Shown: positions 1 to 10,778, numbered from the stretch's first letter. The stretch is DNA of 64,000 nucleotides from Candidatus Latescibacterota bacterium (GCA_965208105.1 OZ242318.1:1568001-1632000), one strand, 5' to 3'. The notes: generated by a model from the letters alone, not told the origin. Program-made: numbers and translations.

Positions 1-497
1 TCCACGTGGTCGCAGACCAGCGCCGGCTGATCCCCCCAGGCCAGGCTGTAGACCAGTCCGGCCGCCCGGGCCCGGCGCGCCAGCAGGGGGCCGGCCACCA
101 CGTCCGCCTCCACGTTAACCATGACCAGGTGGCGGCCCTCCTCGATGCCCAGCAGGCAGTGGCGGATCCCGGCGGACGGGTCGCCGCTGGCCTCGATCAG
201 GACCTCGAGACCGTCGGCTCCGATCAGGTCCTCGGCACTGTCGCAGATGCGGGTGGTCCCCTTGCGCCGCGCCTCCTCGAAGGAGGCGGCGCCGATGCGC
301 TCCGCGGGCCAGCCGCTGGCGGCGCAGTTGCTCCTGGCGCGGCCGGGGTCCAGGTCGACGATGCCCAGCAGGTGGATGCCGGTGGTCAGCCGCGCCTGGG
401 CGAGGAACATGGTGCCGAACTTGCCGGCGCCGACGAGGCCGACGCGGACCGGATTTCCGGCGGCGGCGCGCGCCGCCAGCATGGTGTGGAGATTCAT
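1..497 (-). CDS. NAD(P)-dependent oxidoreductase, homoserine-dehydrogenase-like/SAF-domain family (partial, runs off the window)
   Basis: Manual translation from ATG at 497 gives MNLHTMLAARAAAGNPVRVGLVGAGKFGTMFLAQ..., a Rossmann GxGxxG. Not in the ORF track because it has no stop inside the window. Confidence 0.75.
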   Translation of the reverse strand, partial: MNLHTMLAARAAAGNPVRVGLVGAGKFGTMFLAQARLTTGIHLLGIVDLDPGRARSNCAASGWPAERIGAASFEEARRKGTTRICDSAEDLIGADGLEVLIEASGDPSAGIRHCLLGIEEGRHLVMVNVEADVVAGPLLARRARAAGLVYSLAWGDQPALVCDHV

Positions 498-632
498 GTT
501 CGTCTTCCCCGGACTTGTCTGGCAGAGCGGGTGGCACGGGGTATTGATGCGGATATTTCCCCGCAGTAACTTACCTCCTCACAGCCCAATAATAGGTCCC
601 GGCATCAGGCCGGGCAAATGAGGGAAAGGCCA

Positions 633-1763
633 ATGAAAACCACAGCATCCAGCTGCGTCTACGACGGCCGCCAGGCGCCGGCGCACCAGCGCTCCTGCGC
701 CTTCACCACCGCCTGCCTCATGGGGGACGGCACCCTGCTGGTTTCGGGCCGTTGGGGCAGCCGGCGCGACTCCCCCGACGGACACAGTTGCATCTTCGCC
801 AGCAACGACCACGGGGACACCTGGGAAAAGAGGTACGACGGCTACGGCCGCTGCGACTGGGACGGCGTGGCCGGCGAATTCAAGGGACTCGCCTGCACCG
901 AGCTCGAACCTGGCGAGCTCACCGCCTCCGCTCTCTGGGTGGACCGCTCCAATCCCGGCCTGCCGTTCATCAACCCGCGCACCCAGGGGCTCCTGCCCAT
1001 GCGCATCGCCCATTCCACCTCGGCGGATGGAGGCCGCACCTGGACTCCGCCCCGGCGCATGGACACGGCCCCGCACCGGGGCGCCTCGCACTGTACCTCC
1101 GCCATCATCGAGCTGGAGGGCGGTGTTCTCGCCCAACCCTACGAGCAGTGGAAGGAGTACGAGGACCCCGCCCCCGGACGCCCGCGGGCGCATCTGCGCC
1201 TGTCGCACGACGGCGGGGCCACCTGGCCCGACCACGCCAGCGTTGCCAGGCACTCGGACAACGTCCTCGCCTTCTGGGACCAGCGCCTGGAGGCCCATCC
1301 TGGCAGCGGCCGCCTCGTGGCCATGTTCTGGACTCACGATTTCTCCGCCGGCACCGACGTGGACGTGCACATCGCCTGGGGATCCGCCGACGGCCGCCAG
1401 TGGTCGGCTCCGCGGCCCACCGGACTGCCGGGACAGCATTGCCAGCCTCTTGCCCTGGGAGGCGACAGACTGGTCGCCGTCTACTCCCACCGCCGCCATC
1501 CGCCGGGCATCGCCATGTCCATCAGCGAGGACTTCGGCGAGACCTGGGACCGCGGCCGCGACCTGATGATTTACGACAGCTCGGCCGGGGAAGAGTCGGG
1601 AGCCACCGGTTCCCGCTCGTCGGCGCAGGTCTGGGGGGACATGGAGCTGTGGCGCTTCGGACATCCCCGCGCCGTCCTCCTGCCCACCGGGGAGGTGTTC
1701 GCGGTGTTCTACGCCGGGGACGACGACGTCAAGAGCGCGCGCTGGGCCCGAGTCGAGCCCTAG
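633..1763 (+). CDS. BNR/Asp-box (sialidase-like) beta-propeller protein
   Basis: Repeated Asp-boxes SNDHGDTW, SADGGRTW, SHDGGATW, SADGRQW and SEDFGETW. Confidence 0.8.
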   Translation: MKTTASSCVYDGRQAPAHQRSCAFTTACLMGDGTLLVSGRWGSRRDSPDGHSCIFASNDHGDTWEKRYDGYGRCDWDGVAGEFKGLACTELEPGELTASALWVDRSNPGLPFINPRTQGLLPMRIAHSTSADGGRTWTPPRRMDTAPHRGASHCTSAIIELEGGVLAQPYEQWKEYEDPAPGRPRAHLRLSHDGGATWPDHASVARHSDNVLAFWDQRLEAHPGSGRLVAMFWTHDFSAGTDVDVHIAWGSADGRQWSAPRPTGLPGQHCQPLALGGDRLVAVYSHRRHPPGIAMSISEDFGETWDRGRDLMIYDSSAGEESGATGSRSSAQVWGDMELWRFGHPRAVLLPTGEVFAVFYAGDDDVKSARWARVEP

Positions 1764-1831
1764 CAATCCGTTGATAAAGTTGCTCTGCGGGCGAGGGCGA
1801 GGCAGGTCCCGGGGCAGCTTCTCGAGTCAGA

Positions 1832-2965
1832 TCAACCGGCGGTCAACTGCTCTCTGAGGCGCCGGGCCACGATGCGCTCCTCCCCTTCCCGGAGCGTCAC
1901 CGTAGCCACGAAGAGCTCGTCCCTGTAGCCGCCCACGCCGATATAGATGGGGGGGTCTCCCTGGACCAGGGCCTCCTGGACCTCGGTGGAGGAAGGACCT
2001 TTCCAGGACGGATCGAAGTAGATGATGGGCTGGGGTCCCTGGCGCGGCGGATTGTCCTCTTCCAGGCGCAGGGTGAGGCCCTCGATTCCCTCGAGCGCGG
2101 CGATGATGGTCCGGGCCATGGCGCGCCAGCGCTTCCAGCGCCCCTCGTGGTCCAGCCCGGCGAAGCGCTCCAGGGCGGCGAGCAGGCCGGCGATCTCTTC
2201 CTTGCCCACCTTCGCCGGCCTGCCCACCCCGGCGTATGGCGACATGTTGAGACGGGCGGCCTCGATCAGATCGGCGCGGCCGCAGAGAATGCCGGTGGAC
2301 TGGGGCCCCTCCAGTCCCTTGCCGCCGCTGTAGGTGACCATGTCGGCGCCGGCGGCGACGAAGCGGGTGAGGTTCTCCGGCGGCGGCACCATGCCCGAGG
2401 CGTCCACAACCACGGGGACCTGGCGGGAATGGGCGATCTCCACCGCCGCCGACAGCGGAAGGTCGCCGTGGCGCCAGGAGCGCATGATGTAGGCCAGGGC
2501 GGCGGTCTCGCCGCAGATTGCCTCCTCCAGCTCCCAGGGCTTGGCCGCCCGCGGCGTTCCCCACTGCACCAGGCGGGCGCCGGCGGTGCGGTAGGACTGG
2601 GCGTACTCGATGAGGTGGGTGGAGGGAATGAGCACCTGGTTCCTCATGCCCGCCGTGTCCGGCAGCCGGGCGATCCTGGCCTGGTCGGCCCCGGTCATGC
2701 AGGCCGCCGCCTGCAACTGCATCCCGGCGCAGGCGCTCGCCGTCACCAGGCCGGCCTCCGCCCCGGTGTGCCGCGCGACCACCTCTCCCGCCTTCTGGTT
2801 GAGCTCGTGCATGTCGAGAAAGCACGGGGCCGCATCCGTCATGGCCTGCAGGACCTCGGGGGCCATTATGCTTCCGCCCACGAAGCTCACCCAACTGTAG
2901 CCGTTGATCGCCGGCCTGAGGCCCAGGCGCTCGAAAAACGGCGGGATCCGAAGCTGCTCCTCCAT
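1832..2965 (-). CDS. SelA-like PLP-dependent transferase (aminotransferase class V)
   Basis: Motifs INGYSWVSFVGGS, VVVDAS, YSGGKGLEGPQSTGIL (PLP Lys) and GRPAKVGKEEI. RBS GGAGGAG lies before MEEQ. Confidence 0.8.
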   Translation of the reverse strand: MEEQLRIPPFFERLGLRPAINGYSWVSFVGGSIMAPEVLQAMTDAAPCFLDMHELNQKAGEVVARHTGAEAGLVTASACAGMQLQAAACMTGADQARIARLPDTAGMRNQVLIPSTHLIEYAQSYRTAGARLVQWGTPRAAKPWELEEAICGETAALAYIMRSWRHGDLPLSAAVEIAHSRQVPVVVDASGMVPPPENLTRFVAAGADMVTYSGGKGLEGPQSTGILCGRADLIEAARLNMSPYAGVGRPAKVGKEEIAGLLAALERFAGLDHEGRWKRWRAMARTIIAALEGIEGLTLRLEEDNPPRQGPQPIIYFDPSWKGPSSTEVQEALVQGDPPIYIGVGGYRDELFVATVTLREGEERIVARRLREQLTAG

Positions 2966-3119
2966 GTTCTCCTCCTGTCGGGAAAGTGAGCGGTCCGCGC
3001 CTCGGGACGCACCTGCCTGCGTCGAATTGATCCCGGGGGACATTAACGATATATTAGCCGTTTTCGCGGCGCAAATGCCATTCGATGCCGGCGCCCACTG
3101 GGGCCGGCGGGGAGAATTC

Positions 3120-5027
3120 ATGGCGCTTTCGGGAGCAGTGGACCTGGGGGGGATGGACTCCGAGGAGTTCAGCTACGACCTCGACTTCACCGCGCTGAGT
3201 TCGGACGACCTGGCCCAGAAGCAGGCCGGCGGCCTCTTTTCCTCGGGCCCCGTGCGCGAGGAGTCCCTGCTGTCCAGCTGGACCCCGCCCAACTGGATCG
3301 TCGAGGACGGGCGGGTCAAGCAGCTGCGCAGCCGCTCCCGTGAACGGGAGAGCCGCCGCCAACGGGTGCTGCGCGAAACATCCACCATGAAGCCATACGT
3401 GGTCATCCAGAACCCGCCCGTTTCCATTCTCGCCTGCGGCGATTGGCGCTGGACGGACTGCGTCCTCAGGGGGAGCCTCCGCGGCGGCGTCGACGGCCCC
3501 ACCGGAATCGCCTTCCGCTACCAGGACGCTCGCCACTACTACGCCCTCACCGTGGAGGACGGCAAGGGAATGAGCCTTGTCAAACGCCGGGGGGACGACC
3601 ACCTGGTTCTGGGGCAGGCCCACCTGCAGGCCGCGGCGGAGGAACACCAGGTCTACATCGAGGCCCGGGGGAGCCGGCTGGAGGCCGGAATCGTCGGCGG
3701 ACCCTTCATCCGCGCCACCGACCACAGCTACCGACACGGGAAGGCCGCCCTGGTCTGCGAAGGGGAGTCGGTCTACGGCCCCGTCCACGTCGAGGGACGC
3801 AAGGTATGCGAGTCGTCCCTGCCCCTGCCGCCGGCGCCGGAAATGCAGCTTCTGGACCAGGGCGGCCTCGCCCCACCCCTGCGGCAAGGTCGGATCCTCC
3901 TCATGGACCTGGACGGCGACGGCCTTCCCGAACTGGCGGCTGACGGCGAAGGCGGCAACGAGCTCCACGGCCAGCACCTGCGCCGGGGGCTGCTCTGGTC
4001 CCTGGGGCCCTTCGAGCACCCCCTGAGCCGCGCCGGAGACATCCCGGTGCAGGCCTTCGACATAAACGGGGACGGCCGCCGCGAGTTGGTCCTCGCCGCC
4101 GACTTCGACATCCGCGTCCACGACGCCGAGAGCGGCGCCAGCCTGGCCAGCGTGCCCACCCCGCCGGCCAACCCCTACCGCGAGCAGGCCCCCTACCCCC
4201 ATGAACTGCTGCTGGCCGACGCCCTGTGTCCGCTGCGGACGGCCCAGGGCGCAGCTCCGGGATTCTACCTGAAGGACCGCTACTGGAACCTGTGGGTCTA
4301 CGACTGCAACCTCGATCTGCTCTGGCACCGGGCCCTCAACACCGGACACTTCCCCCTCCCGGTGCAACTGAGAGCGGGGGAGGCGGATTCCATCTTCGCC
4401 AGCCGCACCATGCTCGCTCCCAACGGCGACACCCTCTGGGACCTGGACCTGCCTGACCACGCCGACGCCATCGGCTTCTTCGCCCTGCGCACCCGGCCCG
4501 GATTGTACGTGGCCTCGGGGGAGGAAGGCCTGATGGAGATCGAGCCCCGTAGCGGCGAGATTCTGACCCAGCACCGTCGCGGGCACGTGCAACAATACAC
4601 CGTGGGAAAATTCGTGGCCGACCGCCCCGGATACCAGCTGCTCACGGGGACCCAGTGGCGCGAGCCGGGCATCTGCGTCCTCTACGACGACGAGCTCAAC
4701 GTCCTGGGGCGCTGGCCCGAGATGTGCCTGCACCTGGGCAACCACGCCCTTCCCTGGGGTTCCACCGGGGCCGACCTGGTGGTGAGCCCCGCCGGAATCC
4801 TGGACCCGTTGACGGGCCGCAGGCTGCGCCCGCTGCCGCCCGAGTGCGGCACGATCCGCCACCTGGCCGTGCTCGACCTTCTCCACTATGGTCCGGGCTG
4901 CCTCTTCGTGGTCAACGACGAGAGCTGGCAGGTCTGGGGCCCGGGCGCCAACGTGCCCCCGGTTGCCCGCCGCCAACGGCCCAACGCCCTGAACCCGGCG
5001 GGATACCTGCCGAGCCTGAGCTTCTAG
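3120..5027 (+). CDS. Hypothetical protein: lectin-like N-domain plus FG-GAP (rhamnogalacturonan-lyase-like) propeller
   Basis: Ca-binding motifs DLDGDGLPEL and DINGDGRRELV, plus LKDRYWNLW and TGHFP. Start position uncertain. Confidence 0.55.
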   Translation: MALSGAVDLGGMDSEEFSYDLDFTALSSDDLAQKQAGGLFSSGPVREESLLSSWTPPNWIVEDGRVKQLRSRSRERESRRQRVLRETSTMKPYVVIQNPPVSILACGDWRWTDCVLRGSLRGGVDGPTGIAFRYQDARHYYALTVEDGKGMSLVKRRGDDHLVLGQAHLQAAAEEHQVYIEARGSRLEAGIVGGPFIRATDHSYRHGKAALVCEGESVYGPVHVEGRKVCESSLPLPPAPEMQLLDQGGLAPPLRQGRILLMDLDGDGLPELAADGEGGNELHGQHLRRGLLWSLGPFEHPLSRAGDIPVQAFDINGDGRRELVLAADFDIRVHDAESGASLASVPTPPANPYREQAPYPHELLLADALCPLRTAQGAAPGFYLKDRYWNLWVYDCNLDLLWHRALNTGHFPLPVQLRAGEADSIFASRTMLAPNGDTLWDLDLPDHADAIGFFALRTRPGLYVASGEEGLMEIEPRSGEILTQHRRGHVQQYTVGKFVADRPGYQLLTGTQWREPGICVLYDDELNVLGRWPEMCLHLGNHALPWGSTGADLVVSPAGILDPLTGRRLRPLPPECGTIRHLAVLDLLHYGPGCLFVVNDESWQVWGPGANVPPVARRQRPNALNPAGYLPSLSF

Positions 5028-5161
5028 GCCGCCCGTTGAAAAAGCCCATCCGGGCTGCTAGACTGCCGTCTCCCTGGCCCGAGCGCGCAGGGAAGCGGCG
5101 GCCCGGGGCGGGAAATCCGAACACCATCCCCCAGGGATGCCGAAGGAGGATAATTACAGTC

Positions 5162-7066
5162 ATGTGGAGTTTCGATTCAGCTTTCCTGATGGCCTGGCTC
5201 GTCCTTCCGGCTCTTTGCGCCGTGATCTGGTCAAGCCTCCCCACCGGGGCAAGTTCCCCCAGGGACGGCTGGAGCAACAGCCTCCAGCCCACAGGCGCGC
5301 CAGCCCCGCCGCTGACCCTGGCGCGGGACGGTCAAACCGACTACGCCATCGTCGTTCCCGCCCGTCCGACGCCACAGGAAGCAAAGGCGGCAGGCCTGCT
5401 GGAGACCTGGCTGCGGGAAATCACCGGGGCCACCTTCCCCGTCGTCGCCGACACCGCCGCTCCGGCCCCGCGGGAGATCTGCGTCGGCCGCAGCAGCCGG
5501 CCGCGTCCGGAAGCGCCCGGTCCGCCCCCGGACCTGGGTGAGGAAGGCTACGCCATCGCGGTCGCCGGCGAGCGCGTCTTCCTGGACGGAGGTACCCGGC
5601 GCGGCCCCATATACGCCGCCCTGGCGCTCCTGGAGGAAGACCTGGGCTGCCGCTGGTACACCCCCCGCGCCAGCCGGGTGGTGCGGCGGCCGACCCTGGA
5701 GACAAGCATCGTTGCGCGCACCCACGTGCCCGTCCTCGCCCTGCGCGATCCCTTCTACGAGGACGCCTTCGACCCGGAGTGGTCGCTCATGAACCGCACC
5801 AACTCCCACCAGGCCCCGGTCCCGGAGGACTGGGGCGGGCACCTGGGCTACCCCCCCGGGTGGTTCGTTCACACCGCCAACAAGCTGGTCGGCGGCGAAC
5901 ACTTCGAGGCGCATCCCGAATACTTCGCCCTGATCGACGGCGAGCGCGTCCGCGTCCGTGCCGACGGGCACCCCCCGCAGCTCTGTCTGACCAACCTCGA
6001 GGTATACCGCATCGCCAGCGCCAAGGTGCTGGAGGTACTGGAGGCCAACCCCCGGGCGCGGCTGATAAGCGTTTCGCCCAGCGACGGCGGCGCCTACTGC
6101 CAGTGTCCCCGGTGCGCCGCCATCGACGCCGCCGAGGGCAGCAAGGGAGCCGCGCCGCTGCAGTTCGTCAACAAGGTGGCCGAAGCGGTTGCCGACCGGC
6201 ACCCCCAGGTCCGCGTCGTCCACCTCGCCTACCTGGGCACCGACACCATGCCGGCGACCTTGCGCCCGCGCGAGAACGTGGTCGTCATGTTCGCCGCCGA
6301 CCACGACGCCTGGCGCTGGCCCTTCATTCCCTACACCCGCACGCAGGTGACGAGAGAACGGCTGGCGCCCTGGATCGAATCGGGTTCCCCCGTCTTCGTC
6401 TGGGACTACGTCACCAACTTCAGCCACTATCCCCTCCCCATGCCCAACATGAAGGTGGTGGAGCGGAACCTGGAATTCTTCGTCGAAATGGGGGTCGAGG
6501 GGGTCTTCCTCCAGGGCGCCTACCAGAGCCCCGGCTCGGCCCGGGGCGCCATGCGATCCTGGGTGTGGGCAAAGAAACTGTGGGACCCATCCAGGGACGT
6601 GCACGCCCTGATGCGCGATTTCGCCTGGGGCTACTACGGCGACGCCGCTCCCCCTCTGCTGCGCTACGACGATTTGCTCTGGCAGCTCCACGACGATTAC
6701 TACGGCCACTTCGAGGCGGAATACGCCGGCGGGGTCGAGGGCCTCTACCAGATCCGCTACCGCCCGGACGCAACGTTCCTTTCGCCGCAGTTTCTCGACG
6801 CCGCCTCGGCGTTGTTCAGGGAGGCCGAAGGGCTGGCCCCAGACGAGGAGACCCTGCGCCGGGTCAGGGCGGCCAAGCTCTCGGTCCTCTATGCCAGGCT
6901 CTGCCGCGGTCCGGACTTCGGGCCGGAGGACTACGGCGCGATGATCGACGAATTCGCCGCCATCGCCCGAGTGGAAGGGGTGCAGCACACCAGGGAGGGC
7001 GCGCCCGATATCGAGGAGAAGATTCAACTCTGGCGCGAAATCCTCGCCGGAGAAAAGGAGCCCTGA
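5162..7066 (+). CDS. DUF4838-like secreted protein (GH20/GH67-type N-domain)
   Basis: Signal-like N-terminus and motifs LGEEGYAI, HPEYFALIDGER, QLCLTN, CQCPRC and VWDY. Confidence 0.75.
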   Translation: MWSFDSAFLMAWLVLPALCAVIWSSLPTGASSPRDGWSNSLQPTGAPAPPLTLARDGQTDYAIVVPARPTPQEAKAAGLLETWLREITGATFPVVADTAAPAPREICVGRSSRPRPEAPGPPPDLGEEGYAIAVAGERVFLDGGTRRGPIYAALALLEEDLGCRWYTPRASRVVRRPTLETSIVARTHVPVLALRDPFYEDAFDPEWSLMNRTNSHQAPVPEDWGGHLGYPPGWFVHTANKLVGGEHFEAHPEYFALIDGERVRVRADGHPPQLCLTNLEVYRIASAKVLEVLEANPRARLISVSPSDGGAYCQCPRCAAIDAAEGSKGAAPLQFVNKVAEAVADRHPQVRVVHLAYLGTDTMPATLRPRENVVVMFAADHDAWRWPFIPYTRTQVTRERLAPWIESGSPVFVWDYVTNFSHYPLPMPNMKVVERNLEFFVEMGVEGVFLQGAYQSPGSARGAMRSWVWAKKLWDPSRDVHALMRDFAWGYYGDAAPPLLRYDDLLWQLHDDYYGHFEAEYAGGVEGLYQIRYRPDATFLSPQFLDAASALFREAEGLAPDEETLRRVRAAKLSVLYARLCRGPDFGPEDYGAMIDEFAAIARVEGVQHTREGAPDIEEKIQLWREILAGEKEP

Positions 7067-7231
7067 TCCGGTCGGATGGCGGAGACCGGAGACGGATCAC
7101 GGGATGGTGGAAGCGGGGGCGGATTCTTCCCGACAGCGCGGGGGCGGCGCTTCCTGCCTTTCTTGTTTTGCCCCCTGCATCTTCTTATCCTCTAGGAAAC
7201 TTCACTCACCTCAATCCACGAGAGCAATCCA

Positions 7232-7582
7232 ATGCCGGTAGTCAAGTCCAGTGACCGCGATACCATAAACCACGGCTTCCAGGGCTATGGAGAGCGGGTG
7301 CTGGTGGATGAGAAAGCCGGGTCGCACCTGATGACCCTGGGCGACCTGGTCATCGAGCCCGGGTCCATCGTGCCCAGGCACCACCACGACGTGCAGGAAG
7401 CTTTCTACGTCTTCGAGGGCACCACGACGGTCTGGCTCGGCGACGAAGAAATCGAGCTGGAGCCCGGCGACGGCATGCTGGTGCCGGCGGGCCTCTCCCA
7501 CAAATTCCACAACCGCTCCGGCCGCCCATGCCGCATGGTGTGGGTGTACGAAGAGCTGGGCGCGGCCACCCACTTCGAGTAG
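7232..7582 (+). CDS. Cupin domain protein
   Basis: Cupin motifs PRHHHDVQEAFYVFEG and PAGLSHKFHN. Confidence 0.85.
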   Translation: MPVVKSSDRDTINHGFQGYGERVLVDEKAGSHLMTLGDLVIEPGSIVPRHHHDVQEAFYVFEGTTTVWLGDEEIELEPGDGMLVPAGLSHKFHNRSGRPCRMVWVYEELGAATHFE

Positions 7583-7654
7583 CCCGCGTTTCCCGCCCCG
7601 GGGCCCCGGACCGGCCCGCGGCGCAGGAGCTCCATCGCCGCCAGGAGGAGGAAC

Positions 7655-8623
7655 ATGCACCCAGGACCTGAAAAACTGCTGGACATGTATCGCAAGATGC
7701 GCACGATCCGGGCCTTCGAGGAGCGCATCCACCGGGAGGTGGCCGACGCCACCGTTCCCGGCTTCGTGCATCTCTACGCCGGCGAGGAAGCCTCGGCGGT
7801 CGGGGTCTGCGCCCACCTGGGCACGAAGGACTACATCGGCAGCACCCACCGCGGCCACGGGCACTGCATCGCCAAGGGATGCGACGTCAAGGACATGATG
7901 ATGGAGATCTACGCCAGGAAGGACGGCCTCTGCGGCGGCAAGGGCGGCTCCATGCACATAGCCGACTTCGAGAAGGGAATGATGGGAGCCAACGCCATCG
8001 TCGGCGGCAGCGCGCCTTCCTGCGTGGGCGCCGCCCTTACGGCCAAGACCATGAAGACCGGGGGCGTCGCCGTCGCCTTCGCCGGTGAGGGCTCCACCAA
8101 CCAGGGCGCGGCTCTGGAGTCGCTCAACCTGGCGAGCGTCTGGAAGGTCCCGGTGGTCTTCGTCATCGAGGACAACGGCTACGCCGAGTCCACCGCCAGC
8201 TCCTGGGCCAGCGCCGGCGATCTGCTCGACCGCGCCCGCGGCTTCGCCATTCCGGGGCGCAGGATAGAGGCCGGCCACGACCTGTTCGAGGTGTACGCCG
8301 CGGCGGGTGAGGCGGTGGAACACGCCCGCGGCGGCAACGGGCCTTTCCTGCTCCACGTAAAGGTCCCCCGCTTCTACGCCCACTACGAAGGCGACGCGGG
8401 CACCTACCGCCCCGCCGACGAGGTCGAGAACCTGCGCAGCAACAGGGATTGCCTGCAGGTCTTCCGCTGCCGGACCGCCGCCGAGGGCCTGCTCGACGCC
8501 GCCGATCTCGACGCCATCGACGAGGAGGTGGACCGTCTCATCGACGAAGCCGTGGCCGAGGCCAAGGCGGCCCCGCCGCCGGGCGCCGACGACCTGCTGA
8601 CCAACGTATACACCTCTTACTGA
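7655..8623 (+). CDS. acoA: Acetoin dehydrogenase E1 alpha (TPP-dependent)
   Basis: Motifs GFVHLYAGEEA, STHRGHGH, GKGGSMH, GEGSTNQG and RFYAHYEGD. Confidence 0.85.
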   Translation: MHPGPEKLLDMYRKMRTIRAFEERIHREVADATVPGFVHLYAGEEASAVGVCAHLGTKDYIGSTHRGHGHCIAKGCDVKDMMMEIYARKDGLCGGKGGSMHIADFEKGMMGANAIVGGSAPSCVGAALTAKTMKTGGVAVAFAGEGSTNQGAALESLNLASVWKVPVVFVIEDNGYAESTASSWASAGDLLDRARGFAIPGRRIEAGHDLFEVYAAAGEAVEHARGGNGPFLLHVKVPRFYAHYEGDAGTYRPADEVENLRSNRDCLQVFRCRTAAEGLLDAADLDAIDEEVDRLIDEAVAEAKAAPPPGADDLLTNVYTSY

Positions 8624-8634
8624 GGAGACCTGCC

Positions 8635-9639
8635 ATGCCGCTGAAAACGATGCGCCAGGCGCTCAACGAAGCACTGGCCCAGGAGATGCGCAACGATCCC
8701 ACCGTGATCGTCCTCGGAGAGGACGTCTGCGGAGGCATGGGAGCGCAGGGAGAGGAGGATGCCTGGGGAGGCCCGCTGGGGGTCACCAAGGGCCTCATGC
8801 CCGAGTTCGGACGCGAGCGCGTGCTCGACACCCCGATCAGCGAGATCGGCTTCATCGGGTCCGCCGTCGGCGCGGCGGCCACCGGCCTGCGTCCCGTCGC
8901 CGAGCTCATGTACGTCGACTTCCTCGGGGTCTGCCTCGACCAGCTTCTCAACCAGGGGGCGAAGTTCCGCTACATGTTCGGGGGCAAGGCCGCCGTGCCG
9001 CTGACGGTGCGCACCATGTACGGAGCCGGCCTGCGCGCGGCTGCCCAGCACAGCCAGAGCCTCTATCCCATCGTCACCCACATCCCCGGGCTCAAGGTGG
9101 TCATTCCTTCCTGTCCCTACGACGCCAAGGGACTTCTGACCCAGGCCATCCGCGACGACGACCCGGTCATCTTCCTCGAGCACAAGGTCATGTACGACGA
9201 AGAGGAGGATGTCCCCGACGAGTCCTACGCCATTCCCTTCGGCGAGGCCAACCTGACCCGCGAGGGCGACTGCATCACCATCGTCGCCATGGGGCGCATG
9301 GTGCAGCTCGCCAACCAGGCCGCCGACCGGCTCGAGGAGGACGGCATAAGCTGCACCGTCCTCGATCCGCGCACCCTCTCTCCACTGGACGAGGACAGCA
9401 TACTCGAGTGCGTCGAAGAGACTGGACGCCTGGTGATCGTCGACGAGTCCAACCCGCGCTGCAACCTGGCGACGGATATCTCCGCCCTGGTTGCCCAGAA
9501 GGCCTTCCACGCCCTGAAGGCGCCGGTGCAGATGGTTTGTCCGCCGCACACTCCGGTGCCCTTCGCCCCCCAGCTGGAGGACCTCTACCTGCCCACCCCG
9601 GAGAAGATCGAAGCCGCCGCCCGCGCCATCGCGCCGTGA
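8635..9639 (+). CDS. acoB: Acetoin dehydrogenase E1 beta
   Basis: Motifs GEDV, DAWGGPLGVTKGL, DTPISE, AAAQHSQ and PHTPVPF. Confidence 0.85.
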   Translation: MPLKTMRQALNEALAQEMRNDPTVIVLGEDVCGGMGAQGEEDAWGGPLGVTKGLMPEFGRERVLDTPISEIGFIGSAVGAAATGLRPVAELMYVDFLGVCLDQLLNQGAKFRYMFGGKAAVPLTVRTMYGAGLRAAAQHSQSLYPIVTHIPGLKVVIPSCPYDAKGLLTQAIRDDDPVIFLEHKVMYDEEEDVPDESYAIPFGEANLTREGDCITIVAMGRMVQLANQAADRLEEDGISCTVLDPRTLSPLDEDSILECVEETGRLVIVDESNPRCNLATDISALVAQKAFHALKAPVQMVCPPHTPVPFAPQLEDLYLPTPEKIEAAARAIAP

Positions 9640-10778
9640 ATCCTCCCGGTGAAGCTCGCGTGAATGCGATCAGAATGCCCAAGTGGGGCATGTCCATGAC
9701 CAGAGGCCTGGTGGTGGAATGGCGGGTGGAGGAGGGCGATTCCCTGGAGGCGGGCGACGAGATCCTCGACATAGAGACCGAGAAGATAGTGGGGGTCTAC
9801 GAATCGCCCTGCGCCGGCATTCTGCGCCGCCGCCTGGTGGCCGCCGGTGAGACGGTGGCGGTGGGAACGGTGCTCGGGGTGGTCGCCGACGCGTCCGTCG
9901 CCGAAGCTGAACTGGACGCTTTCGTCTCCGAACTGGGGGAGGATTCCCCGATGGCGGCCGAGGCCGCTGCCGAGACCGCAACCCCCAGTGCGGAAACCGT
10001 GGAGGTGAACGGCCTGCCCTGGCGCTACCTCATGATGGGAAGCGGTGGAGGCACGCCCCTGGTGCTGCTCCACGGATTCGGCGGAGGGCTCGACACCTGG
10101 CTCTTCAACCAGCCGGCCCTGGCCGCCGCGCGGCGGATCTGCGCCCTCGATCTTCCGGGCCACGGCGCCTCGACCAAGGAGGTGGGCACGGCCGACGTGG
10201 ATTGGATGGCGGCGGCGGTCGTGGATTTCCTCGATGCCGTCGGGCTTGACAGAGCCAACCTCGCCGGCCACTCCATGGGCGGCGCCATCGCCCTCGAAAT
10301 CGCCCTCAACCACGGCGCCCTCGCAGCCTCCGTCACCCTGATCGCCTCCGCCGGCCTGGGCCCGGAGATCGACGGGGACTACATCGCCGCCTTCCAGGCG
10401 GCCGGGCGCCGCAGGGAGCTGAAGCCGGTTCTCGCCAAGCTCTTCGCGGATCCCGGACTACTGCGCCGCGAAATGATCGACGAGGTGTTGAAGTACAAGC
10501 GCCTGGACGGAGTCGCGGCTGCCCTCGGCGCCATTGCCGCAGGGTTCTTCGAGAGCGGGCGCCAGGCCTGCGATTTCAGGGGGTTGATGGGCCAACTCCC
10601 GGTCCCCGCACAGGTCATCTGGGGGCGCGGGGACCGGATCATCCCGGTGCGGCACGCCGAGGAGCTGTCCACTACCCTGAGCTGCCACGTCCTCGAGGAC
10701 GCCGGGCACATGGTGCACATGGAGAAGGCCGGCGCCGTAAACAAGCTCGTCGCCGAATTTCTGGAAGGGTGCGGGTGA
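9636..10778 (+). CDS. acoC: AcoC-type E2: lipoyl domain fused to an alpha/beta hydrolase
   Basis: Lipoyl motif MPKWGMSM...ETEK, then LLHGFGG and GHSMGG. GTG start overlaps the acoB stop (GTGA). Confidence 0.8.
   Translation: MNPPGEARVNAIRMPKWGMSMTRGLVVEWRVEEGDSLEAGDEILDIETEKIVGVYESPCAGILRRRLVAAGETVAVGTVLGVVADASVAEAELDAFVSELGEDSPMAAEAAAETATPSAETVEVNGLPWRYLMMGSGGGTPLVLLHGFGGGLDTWLFNQPALAAARRICALDLPGHGASTKEVGTADVDWMAAAVVDFLDAVGLDRANLAGHSMGGAIALEIALNHGALAASVTLIASAGLGPEIDGDYIAAFQAAGRRRELKPVLAKLFADPGLLRREMIDEVLKYKRLDGVAAALGAIAAGFFESGRQACDFRGLMGQLPVPAQVIWGRGDRIIPVRHAEELSTTLSCHVLEDAGHMVHMEKAGAVNKLVAEFLEGCG

Noticed and set aside
1832-2965. True selenocysteine synthase selA
   Set aside because: It is short, has no selB/selC/selD context, and fits the SelA-like sugar-amine lyase group better.
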